Source of the DNA: Patescibacteria group bacterium
Lineage (GTDB): Bacteria; Patescibacteriota; Patescibacteriia; XYB2-FULL-38-15
Reading direction: 5' to 3'
Length of the DNA stretch: 33,614 bases
Assembly (NCBI GenBank): GCA_018818855.1
Contig: JAHIRI010000076.1
Location: forward strand, 1-33,614
A model generated the notes under the pieces. The model made no database searches. It was given only the letters and a program-made list of their open reading frames with translations, and was not told the origin of the DNA. Position 1 is the first letter of the stretch; every line of letters begins with the position of its first letter. Made by a program: the position numbers and the translations under genes. Shown piece after piece: positions 8,365 to 16,424 of this stretch.

Positions 8365-8625
8365 TCAAGCTGCTGATTTTTCTAAAGCTTTTTTAAGTCT
8401 TTCACTATAATCTTCAATAAAATCTCCGGCGTGTTCCTTGCTGTGAAATAGCTGATGATGTCTTTCTAAAGCTTGTCTAATACCACGAGCCAACTCTTCT
8501 TGCCGGTCTTCGTTTGCTCCGCCACCTTCCAACTCCCGAAACAACCGCTCAAGCTCCTGAAATATTTCCACTTCTGCTTTCGCCTCAGCAGACATTGTTT
8601 CCCTGACATTTTTAGGCATTCCCAT
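8365..8625 (-). CDS. Hypothetical acidic helical mini-protein (likely a distant paralog of the 7812-8354 product)
   Basis: 86-aa ORF, first gene after the promoter at 8662-8690. Ends in -KSAA. Confidence 0.55.
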   Translation of the reverse strand: MGMPKNVRETMSAEAKAEVEIFQELERLFRELEGGGANEDRQEELARGIRQALERHHQLFHSKEHAGDFIEDYSERLKKALEKSAA

Positions 8626-8661
8626 ATAAATTACCCTTAAGACTTAATCCTCCATTTTCCA

Positions 8662-8690
8662 ATTATAATTCATTTGTGCTTTAAATTCAA
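8662..8690 (-). promoter_or_regulatory. Near-consensus sigma70 promoter for the minus-strand 86aa-to-murG string
   Basis: On the minus strand: TTGAAT (8690-8685), 17-nt spacer, TATAAT (8667-8662). Confidence 0.65.
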
Positions 8691-8709
8691 GCAGTGCGCT
8701 AAAATGGGG

Positions 8710-8738
8710 TTGACAACCTCGGGACGCCTTGGTAATAT
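8710..8738 (+). promoter_or_regulatory. Near-consensus sigma70 promoter for rpmA
   Basis: TTGACA (8710-8715), 17-nt spacer, TAATAT (8733-8738). Divergent from the 8662-8690 promoter. Confidence 0.7.
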
Positions 8739-8752
8739 ACAAAACAACTGGG

Positions 8753-8792
8753 AACTTATTAACTTATCAGCTTATTAGCTTATAAACTAAAA
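8753..8792. repeat. Five tandem 8-nt units (aacttatt aacttatc agcttatt agcttata aactaaaa) ending 1 nt before the rpmA ATG
   Basis: Read directly from the sequence. Same period, copy number and last unit as 7772-7811. Confidence 0.75.
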
Positions 8793-8793
8793 T

Positions 8794-9072
8794 ATGGCTC
8801 ATAAAAAAGCAGGCGGTTCTACTAGTTTAGGCCGCGATTCACAAGCTCAACGGCTAGGCGTAAAAATGACCGAAGGCCAAATGGCTCATCCTGGTTGTAT
8901 TTTAGTCCGCCAACGCGGAACAAAAATCCATGCCGGGAAAAATGTTCGCCGAGGTAGTGATGACACCCTATATTCAGTTGCCGACGGGTTGGTCAAGTTC
9001 TCTACCAGAAAGAAAACCAAATTTGACGGACATTTGCGCATGACTAAAATTGTGAACGTCATGCCTAAATAA
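8794..9072 (+). CDS. rpmA: 50S ribosomal protein L27
   Basis: 92 aa. [24 protein letters not shown]...[16 protein letters not shown] is the canonical L27 signature. Confidence 0.95.
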   Translation: MAHKKAGGSTSLGRDSQAQRLGVKMTEGQMAHPGCILVRQRGTKIHAGKNVRRGSDDTLYSVADGLVKFSTRKKTKFDGHLRMTKIVNVMPK

Positions 9073-9086
9073 ATGTAAAAATCTAC

Positions 9087-9117
9087 AAAAAAGAAGGCCA
9101 ATCTCGGCCTTCTTTTG
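9087..9117. terminator. Bidirectional rho-independent terminator
   Basis: Stem agaaggcc (9092-9099) / ggccttct (9106-9113), flanked by an A-run and a T-run. Lies between convergent rpmA and the lipoprotein gene. Confidence 0.7.
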
Positions 9118-9128
9118 TTATCTATATT

Positions 9129-9968
9129 TTATTTTTCCACAACAACCATTACCCGCGCGCCCGTTCTCATGTCCGGTTCTGGCCGCGGGTCCTGAAACTC
9201 GCGATCTCCGCCCACCCAATCATGCACCGCCCAAAGCAAGTCGCCATATAAATAACGATATGCCTCGCCGCGTTTTGTTCCCGGATCATTTGTAATAAAT
9301 TCATCCTCATCAAATCCGCGGATCAAAAGCATGTGGTAGAGCGGTCCAGGCTGATGATAAAATGGGTTGCCAATATCCCGCCCGGCAAGCGGCACAATAA
9401 TCAAATTACCCGCTACTAGATTTTTTTTGATCTCTGGTTCTGATACCATTTTATCCAAATATGCTTTTAGGCCAAAATATTTCTGAAGCACTTCAACGGT
9501 TTGCGCTGCAGTCAAGTCTAGTGGGTAACCATTATCTTCTTCCCACTTCACTACTTTCAAAATTTCTTGATCCATGATGTTGGCGTCTAATTTTTCATTT
9601 TTAAAATATTTCGCCGCCATGATCATTGATGCTTCTTCACAGGCCTCTTGATACGGGAGACTCCAATCGCCAAGCGGTGCCTGCGAAGCAAAAGCTACTT
9701 TGATATCAAATTTTTCCGGCAAAGTCAGCTCCGGCGTAGTCTTGTCAGCATTTGTATTTACATTTACATTAGTTGCTGGAACTTGTTTTTGTGCGCTATT
9801 AGTGTTCTCGTTTACATTTGTATTTACACTTGTATTAGTGTTAATCAAAGGTTCACTGTTTTGATTTTCCTGATTATTAATAAGCGTCGGCTGTAATCCA
9901 CAGCCGGCGAGAAATAAAATTGAGATTATCGGAAAAATTAAACGTTTCATGGATTTTAATAAAACCAT
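9129..9968 (-). CDS. Lipoprotein with a C39-like cysteine peptidase domain (Peptidase_C39_2-like) and an Asn/Thr-rich linker
   Basis: Signal peptide plus lipobox LFLAGC. A possible alternative start is MKRL at 9950. Cys context PYQEACEEASMIMAAKYF and His context YHMLLIRGFDEDEFITNDP resemble C39-like peptidases. Linker sequence is NTNTSVNTNVNENTN. Confidence 0.65.
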   Translation of the reverse strand: MVLLKSMKRLIFPIISILFLAGCGLQPTLINNQENQNSEPLINTNTSVNTNVNENTNSAQKQVPATNVNVNTNADKTTPELTLPEKFDIKVAFASQAPLGDWSLPYQEACEEASMIMAAKYFKNEKLDANIMDQEILKVVKWEEDNGYPLDLTAAQTVEVLQKYFGLKAYLDKMVSEPEIKKNLVAGNLIIVPLAGRDIGNPFYHQPGPLYHMLLIRGFDEDEFITNDPGTKRGEAYRYLYGDLLWAVHDWVGGDREFQDPRPEPDMRTGARVMVVVEK

Positions 9969-10002
9969 ATTTTTAAAATAAAGTCAACCCCCTCCCCCAA
10001 AA

Positions 10003-11628
10003 TTACCCGCGATACTTTAAACAAGCGGAAATAAATTCTTTAAAAAGCGGATGTGGGTTCAGCGGCCTTGATTTAAACTCAGGATGAAACTGTACTCCAA
10101 CAAAAAACGGGTGATCTTTAACTTCAATAATTTCTACTAAACTGTTGTCTGGTGAAGTACCGGCGATGACTAATCCCGCTTTTTCAAATTGATCGCGATA
10201 GATATTATTAAATTCATAACGATGGCGATGACGTTCGGAAATGTTTTTCTGGCCATAAGCTTTATAACTCAAGGATTTTTTATTTAAAACGCAGGGGTAC
10301 GCGCCAAGCCGCATAGTCCCGCCATATTTTTTATTTTTTACCAAATCACTCTGATCTTCCATGATATGGATGATCGGATTTGTTGTTTTTGGATTGATTT
10401 CCGCTGTATTGGCATCCGCGAGCCCGCAAATATTCCTCGCAAATTCCACTACTGCCATCTGCATGCCGTAACACAATCCAAAATAAGGGATTTTATTTTC
10501 TCGACAATATTGGATCGCTTTAATTTTTCCTTCCACACCGCGCGAACCAAAACCGCCCGGAACGATTACCCCGTCAAGTTGTTTTAAATCTTTAAGTTTA
10601 GACGAATCTTTTTCATATTCTTCAGAATTTAACCAAGTCAAAATCGGTTTACGATTATGCGCCCAAGACGCATGTTTAATCGCTTCAATCACGGAGATGT
10701 AAACATCAGACAAAACAAAATCACCGGTGGTAAAATATTTTCCGACAATTCCGACGCGCACCTCGCCTTTCGCCGTTTTAATGGTTTTGATAAGTTTCCG
10801 CCACTCCACCAAATCTTTTTGCCGAGCGCGCATGTAAAATTTTGAAAGAATTCTCTGACCCAGCTGCTCTTTTTCAAAATTAAGCGGCACTTCGTAAATT
10901 GAATCAATGTCTGGCGCGGAAATAACGTCCCGTTTGTCCACATTACAAAAAATTGAAATTTTTCTTTTTCTCGGCTCGTCAATCGGCCGCTCGGCCCGGC
11001 ACAAAATAAAATCCGGCTGGATTCCCGCTGAGTTTAAAAGTTGAGTCGCCTGTTGAGTCGGCTTGGTTTTCATTTCCCCGATTTTTGACGGAATCGGCAA
11101 GTAACTCACCAAAACAAAAAGGACGTCATCCGGACGCCGCTGATGAAGCATTCTCGCCGCTTCCAAAAATAAAACGTTCTGATATTCTCCGACCGTGCCG
11201 CCAACTTCTACAATAACAAAATCCGCTTTTGCCTTTTTCCCTGCGCGGCGAATTCTTCTAATTACTTCTTCCGGAACATGTGGCACAACTTCGACGCACT
11301 TTCCGCCATATTCCAAATTTCTTTCTTTAGCAATTACCGTCTGATAAACCCGGCCGGTTGTCATGTAGTTATCGGAATAAATATTTTCGTCCAAAAACCG
11401 CTCGTAATTACCTATATCCTGATCACATTCAAGACCGTCTTCGGTGACAAAAACTTCTCCATGTTCAACTGGATTCATTGTTCCGGCATCAACATTAATG
11501 TAAGGATCAATTTTCACGGCTGTCACGCGAAAACCTTTTCCCTGCAAAATTTTTCCGATGGAGGCCGAAGCCGTTCCTTTCCCTACCCCGGACATCACGC
11601 CGCCCACGACAAAAATAAATTTAGACAT
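10003..11628 (-). CDS. pyrG: CTP synthase
   Basis: 541 aa. N-terminal GGVMSGVGKG, glutaminase domain GLCYGMQ...HRHRYEFN. Confidence 0.95.
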   Translation of the reverse strand: MSKFIFVVGGVMSGVGKGTASASIGKILQGKGFRVTAVKIDPYINVDAGTMNPVEHGEVFVTEDGLECDQDIGNYERFLDENIYSDNYMTTGRVYQTVIAKERNLEYGGKCVEVVPHVPEEVIRRIRRAGKKAKADFVIVEVGGTVGEYQNVLFLEAARMLHQRRPDDVLFVLVSYLPIPSKIGEMKTKPTQQATQLLNSAGIQPDFILCRAERPIDEPRKRKISIFCNVDKRDVISAPDIDSIYEVPLNFEKEQLGQRILSKFYMRARQKDLVEWRKLIKTIKTAKGEVRVGIVGKYFTTGDFVLSDVYISVIEAIKHASWAHNRKPILTWLNSEEYEKDSSKLKDLKQLDGVIVPGGFGSRGVEGKIKAIQYCRENKIPYFGLCYGMQMAVVEFARNICGLADANTAEINPKTTNPIIHIMEDQSDLVKNKKYGGTMRLGAYPCVLNKKSLSYKAYGQKNISERHRHRYEFNNIYRDQFEKAGLVIAGTSPDNSLVEIIEVKDHPFFVGVQFHPEFKSRPLNPHPLFKEFISACLKYRG

Positions 11629-11706
11629 AATATCTTAAAACTTACAACTTAAAATCTATAACCCGCATACCAAGGTTATAAATTTTAAATTCTAAATTAT
11701 TAAAAA

Positions 11707-12153
11707 CTATTTTTTCTCCACCACCCTCACCAACAATTTCGCCTCCAACCCTCCTCCTAATTTTACCACAATTTCATGTCCGCCGACATCTTTAATGGGT
11801 TTGTCCATTTTGAGCTGGCCAGACTCCACCGCAAAACCCTTTCTTTTCAATTCACGCGCCACGTCCTCTACTCCAACTGATCCATAAAGTTTTCCGCCCT
11901 CGCCGACTTTTGCCGCGATTTTTATTTCCACGCCAGAAAGTTCTTTAGCCATTTTCTTCATCCTTTTTCCTTCGTGAATAACTTTTTCCGCCGCCGCTTT
12001 TGTCTTTGCCTCAATTGCCGACACTACCCCGACCGTAGCCAGCCGCGCCAACCCTTTTGGTATCAAAAAATTTCGGGCGTAGCCTTCGGCCACCTCTTTT
12101 GTCTCTCCTACTTTTCCAACTTTATCCACATTTTTTAAAAGGATAACTTTCAT
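11707..12153 (-). CDS. rplI: 50S ribosomal protein L9
   Basis: Start taken at MKVILLKNVDKVGKVGETKEVAEGYARNFLIPKGLA (internal Met of ORF 11707-12186). Confidence 0.9.
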   Translation of the reverse strand: MKVILLKNVDKVGKVGETKEVAEGYARNFLIPKGLARLATVGVVSAIEAKTKAAAEKVIHEGKRMKKMAKELSGVEIKIAAKVGEGGKLYGSVGVEDVARELKRKGFAVESGQLKMDKPIKDVGGHEIVVKLGGGLEAKLLVRVVEKK

Positions 12154-12339
12154 ATCAATATAGTATAACAGAAAACAAACTAACAAAATAACTAATTTAC
12201 CTTTCCCCTATTTTCTTTTGACGTTTATTTTAAATTTCTATTATTTTACCACTTCCTAAATTATCGCACAAACCCACTCTTCATCTTCTCGTCATAAAAA
12301 AGGATTATAATAAATTGTGGAAATTTAAATACAAATATT

Positions 12340-12612
12340 ATGGACCAAGATTTGTGCTATTGCGGAGAACGAGCCACTCGCGGTGAGGGGTTGCTTCGAA
12401 ATACAATGGCCTGCCAGTCTTGCGGAAACGAATGGGAAATTACCCATTGCTGGAATTGCGGCGAACAAATTGATGGAAGATTTTCTTCAACCTGCCGCGC
12501 CTGCGACTGGTATCTTTGTGCTAAATGCGGCGCCCATGAGCCGGACTGCACTCACACCTTAAACGCAAGAAGAGTCAGTAGTGCCGCTAATTTCGTCAGT
12601 ACAACAGTTTAA
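12340..12612 (+). CDS. Cys-rich zinc-finger mini-protein (N-terminal zinc ribbon plus ZZ-type-like finger)
   Basis: 90 aa with CxC, four CxxC pairs and extra Cys/His. The segment HCWNCGEQIDGRFSSTCRACDWYLCAKCGAHEPDCTH resembles the ZZ zinc-finger pattern. A terminator follows. Confidence 0.6.
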   Translation: MDQDLCYCGERATRGEGLLRNTMACQSCGNEWEITHCWNCGEQIDGRFSSTCRACDWYLCAKCGAHEPDCTHTLNARRVSSAANFVSTTV

Positions 12613-12626
12613 TTTTTCAAAAAATG

Positions 12627-12653
12627 AAAAAGAGGCAATGCGGCCTCTTTTTG
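12627..12653. terminator. Bidirectional rho-independent terminator
   Basis: Stem agaggc (12631-12636) / gcctct (12643-12648), flanked by an A-run and a T-run. Lies between the convergent zinc-finger ORF and the S41 protease gene. Confidence 0.6.
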
Positions 12654-12657
12654 TATT

Positions 12658-13905
12658 TTATTTCGCCTGATTATTTATAATTTCAACTGCTTTATCCATC
12701 TGCGGATCACGGTTAGCGTTGTAATCTTCTTCAGTTAATTTTATTTCTATATCCGGGGCAATTCCCTCTTTATCAATATGCCTGCCTTTTGGCGTCAGCC
12801 ATTCGGCCACGGTAATTTTTACCGCCGATCCGTCGGTGAGCGGTTCCAAAGTTTGCACCGAGCCTTTGCCAAAAGTTTTTTCTCCAACGAGCGTTGCCTT
12901 ACCATAGTCTTGGAGCGCTCCGGCGACAATTTCCGAAGCCGAGGCAGAACCCTGATTTACCAAAACCACGGTTTTCAAATTGGCAAATCTCGCAAGACCG
13001 CTCGAACGTTCCTCGTTTTTTACTCCATCATCCATCTGCTCAACCACAACAATATCATTTTCTACCCATTCCCCGGCCACCTCCACCGCCGTATTCAAAA
13101 ATCCTCCGGGATTATTTCTTAAATCTAAAATCAAACCTTTGGGATTTTTCGCGAGGAGTTCTATCGCGGCCTGATTAAATCTTCTTTCTGTGTCTTCGTT
13201 AAAATGATTTATTTCAATGTAGGCAATATCATCTTTCATCTCCCATTTTACGCTTGCCACCTCAATCTTATCGCGCGTAATTTTAATATCACTTGTTTTT
13301 TCCCAACCTTCCCGCCAAATTGTTAGAGTGACGTCTGTCCCTCTTTCCCCGCGGATAATACTCACGGCATAATCCAACGACATATCGGTTGTGTCCTCGC
13401 CGTCAATAGATAAAATTTTATCACCCGCCATAAGTCCGGCTCGAGAAGCCGGCGTTTCGGGTAATGGCGCAATAATTGTTAGTTGATTATTTTTTATGCC
13501 AAGCTCAGCGCCGATTCCGGAAAAAGTCCCTTCCAATTCTTGTTTAAAATCTGATGCGGTCTTTGGATCAAAAAAAACAGAATACGGATCATCAAGCGAA
13601 GAAACAATTCCCGAAAGAGCTCCATAGAAAAGTTGTGTGTCAGCCACGGGCTGATGAACATAATTGGTTTTTGCTAAATTCCAAACTTCCCAAAAAAGAT
13701 TAAAATCAACATCCTTGGATAAATAATCCGGAATTTTTTCTGTGTTTTTAACTTCTCCGCCGTAAAATTCTTTTTCCGCTCCGGCTTTTCCCTGACGCGC
13801 TCCGAGCGCCATGCCGCCCAAAAATCCGCCGAGCACTAAAACTATTACTACATAAAATGCAGTATATTTAAAAACAAACTTGTACTTTTCTAATTTTATA
13901 TCCAT
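12658..13905 (-). CDS. ctpA: Carboxy-terminal processing protease (peptidase S41, with PDZ domain)
   Basis: 415 aa with an N-terminal TM segment. PDZ region GDKILSIDGEDT, catalytic contexts NQGSASASEIVAGALQD and TFGKGSVQ. Confidence 0.9.
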   Translation of the reverse strand: MDIKLEKYKFVFKYTAFYVVIVLVLGGFLGGMALGARQGKAGAEKEFYGGEVKNTEKIPDYLSKDVDFNLFWEVWNLAKTNYVHQPVADTQLFYGALSGIVSSLDDPYSVFFDPKTASDFKQELEGTFSGIGAELGIKNNQLTIIAPLPETPASRAGLMAGDKILSIDGEDTTDMSLDYAVSIIRGERGTDVTLTIWREGWEKTSDIKITRDKIEVASVKWEMKDDIAYIEINHFNEDTERRFNQAAIELLAKNPKGLILDLRNNPGGFLNTAVEVAGEWVENDIVVVEQMDDGVKNEERSSGLARFANLKTVVLVNQGSASASEIVAGALQDYGKATLVGEKTFGKGSVQTLEPLTDGSAVKITVAEWLTPKGRHIDKEGIAPDIEIKLTEEDYNANRDPQMDKAVEIINNQAK

Positions 13906-13920
13906 ATATAAAAATTTAAA

Positions 13921-15174
13921 TTAAATTCTTTTAATATCCGCGCCAAGTTCCCGGAGCCGCTCATCAATTCTTTCATAGCCGCGGTCAACAATTTCCGCCT
14001 CATTAATTACTGTCTCACCCGACGCAATTAAGCCGGCAATAATCAAAGTCGCACCGGCGCGCAAATCAAAACTTTTTATTTCTTGGCCGCGCATCGGAGT
14101 TGGTCCAGTAATAATGACGCGATGAGGGTCCGCAACAATCGCGTTCGCCCCCATTTTCACAAGCTCTCCAATGTAACCCATCCTTCCTTCAAAAAGCGGG
14201 TCGGCAATTAAAGTCGTGCCATTACACTGCGTAGCCAAAACTCCAAACGGCGCCTGAAGATCAGTCGGAAAACCGGGATATGGCATAGTTTGCAAACGAA
14301 AAGCGCGCAAACTATCTGACGGTTTAATTTTCAAAAAATTTTCACCAACCTCCAATTTCACTCCCGCCTCTTGCAATTTTAATAAAATTATTTCAAGATG
14401 CTCTGGTATGACATTTTCAATTTGGACTTCACCTCCGGTAACTGCCGCGGCTACGGCTAAAGTTCCGATTTCAATTTGATCGGAAATCAAGGTGTGGCGC
14501 GCGCCGTGCAATTTTTCCACGCCGGAAATTTTTAGGGTATGTGAACCCGCGCCGGAAATTTTTGCCCCCATACTCCCCAAAAATTTTATCAAATCCTGAA
14601 CATGCGGCTCGGCAGCGGCCAAATGTATTTCTGTTTCGCCCTCGGCCAAAGAAGCGGCCATCAAAAGATTCTCTGTTGCCGTAACGGAAAATTCTGGTAA
14701 AATAATAAGTGTGGCACTAAGAGTGCTCGCTTCTAAATGAAAATGACCGTTAGTCCTCTCCACTTTGGCGCCCAATTTTTTTAGAGCATAAAAATGAGTG
14801 TCCGGCGGCCGGTTGCCGATAATACAACCGCCCGGTTCCGGAATCGTAACTTTTTTGAACCGAGCGAGCATCGGCCCCAAAAATAAAATTGATGAACGCA
14901 TGCACTTCACGGACTTCTCATCAAGTAATTTTATATCGGCATCCCTGGTACAAATTGTTACTTCATGATCCCCGGTCCACGCCACCCTTGCTCCCAAGCT
15001 CTCTAAAATCTCAAGCATTCTCATCACGTCGGAAATTTTTGGAACATTTTCTATCACGCATTCTTCCGGAGTTAAAAGAGTCGCCGCGATAATTGGAGTC
15101 GCCGCGTTCTTCATACCGCTCGCCTCTATTTTCCCGTTTAATTGTTTACCTCCTCTAATGATAAATTTGGACAT
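13921..15174 (-). CDS. murA: UDP-N-acetylglucosamine 1-carboxyvinyltransferase
   Basis: 417 aa. SGMKNAATPIIAA and active-site loop PGGCIIGNRPPDTH. Confidence 0.95.
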   Translation of the reverse strand: MSKFIIRGGKQLNGKIEASGMKNAATPIIAATLLTPEECVIENVPKISDVMRMLEILESLGARVAWTGDHEVTICTRDADIKLLDEKSVKCMRSSILFLGPMLARFKKVTIPEPGGCIIGNRPPDTHFYALKKLGAKVERTNGHFHLEASTLSATLIILPEFSVTATENLLMAASLAEGETEIHLAAAEPHVQDLIKFLGSMGAKISGAGSHTLKISGVEKLHGARHTLISDQIEIGTLAVAAAVTGGEVQIENVIPEHLEIILLKLQEAGVKLEVGENFLKIKPSDSLRAFRLQTMPYPGFPTDLQAPFGVLATQCNGTTLIADPLFEGRMGYIGELVKMGANAIVADPHRVIITGPTPMRGQEIKSFDLRAGATLIIAGLIASGETVINEAEIVDRGYERIDERLRELGADIKRI

Positions 15175-15252
15175 ATTACAATAGTTTAACTTTTTATAAC
15201 AAAAAAATCAAGCTAATTTCTTTAAATAATTCCCAATTAACAATCCCTCAAA

Positions 15253-16407
15253 ATGACTCTTCCTTATCGCCGCATCGTCTACATTTCGTTTATCGCAATC
15301 TTTCTCATCGTCACTCCGATTGTAATCCTCTACACCACCGGATATCGTTATAATTTTCAAACAAATAAGCTCCAAAAAACTGGAATTTTAATTTTGAAAT
15401 CAAGTCCTCTGGGAGCAAAAATCTATCTAAACGGTGAATTAAGAAAAGAAACAACGCCGGCGAGAATCACAAATCTTTTTCCCAACGACTACACCATTAA
15501 AATCGAAAAAGAAAATTTTTATCCCTGGCAAAAAAACCTGCCCATAGAAAGTAGCCTTACGACTTTTGCGGAAAACATCACTCTCTTTGAAAAACTTTTA
15601 CCCGCCGAAGTTGTAGAAAACAATTCTGAACTATTCAGTCTCGCGCCCAATAAAGAAAAAATTATTTACCTGGATAAAAAAGAAACCGGGGATGAAGTTT
15701 GGCTTCTGAATTTCAAAAATAACAAAAGCAGTCTGATTTATAGAATTTCCGAGGGAAAAAATGATATTGTAAATTTAGAATGGAGTAATGACAACCAAAA
15801 AGTTTTACTTACGGTTAATTTTTCCGACGCGACTGACTCACACAAATATATAATGATAAATACTGAAACCAATGAAATTTCTGTTTACCAAAAACTTTCT
15901 GATTTTTATTTTACTTTCTCCGGCGTTCCTATAAATATTGCCGATGCCAATCTCCTCCCCGATCTTGACGTCGCAACCGGATATTCCGGCGCGGTCGCCG
16001 TTTTAGATAAAAAAACAAAAAATATTTCAGTAGTCAAACCGACTTCGCTGGATGTTATCTTTGAAACAAAAGCCGATCAGGCGGCCTGGTCATCTGACGT
16101 GAAAAAACTTCTCTACACCACTGACTTTGAAATTTGGATTTATAATTTTTCCACCGAAGAAAAAACACTTATCAGCCGCTACAGCCAGGAAATAAAAAAA
16201 GTAGATTGGGTTAATGAAAATTATATTGCCGCTCTTTTAGGCGGGGCTGTAAAAATTATTGAACTTGACGAACGCGATCAAAGAAATGTAATTGATCTCA
16301 TAGCTCCGGGAGAAATTAATAATTTCTTTATTGATTCAGCCAAACAAAGCATTTATTTTTCCGGCGTCATCGGAAACAAAAAAGGAGTTTTTGAACTCCC
16401 GTATTAA
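15253..16407 (+). CDS. Membrane-anchored PEGA-domain protein with a C-terminal beta-propeller-like region
   Basis: N-terminal TM (IVYISFIAIFLIVTPIVILYT). PEGA-like segment ILILKSSPLGAKIYLNGELRKETTPARITNLFPNDYTIKIEKENFYPW. Repeated W-S-x-D-x-K-type strands in the C-terminal part. Confidence 0.7.
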   Translation: MTLPYRRIVYISFIAIFLIVTPIVILYTTGYRYNFQTNKLQKTGILILKSSPLGAKIYLNGELRKETTPARITNLFPNDYTIKIEKENFYPWQKNLPIESSLTTFAENITLFEKLLPAEVVENNSELFSLAPNKEKIIYLDKKETGDEVWLLNFKNNKSSLIYRISEGKNDIVNLEWSNDNQKVLLTVNFSDATDSHKYIMINTETNEISVYQKLSDFYFTFSGVPINIADANLLPDLDVATGYSGAVAVLDKKTKNISVVKPTSLDVIFETKADQAAWSSDVKKLLYTTDFEIWIYNFSTEEKTLISRYSQEIKKVDWVNENYIAALLGGAVKIIELDERDQRNVIDLIAPGEINNFFIDSAKQSIYFSGVIGNKKGVFELPY

Positions 16408-16424
16408 AATAATTTGCTGAACAT

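Noticed and set aside
7772-8792. Possibility that the short tandem arrays are a CRISPR array
   Set aside because: The units are only 7-8 nt and directly adjacent, with no spacers, and there are just five copies. No cas genes are present in the window.
12283-12311. Promoter for the zinc-finger ORF (TATAAT at 12306-12311)
   Set aside because: The -10 hexamer is perfect, but the best -35 at 17-nt spacing (atcttc) is poor. In such AT-rich DNA a lone TATAAT is not sufficient evidence.
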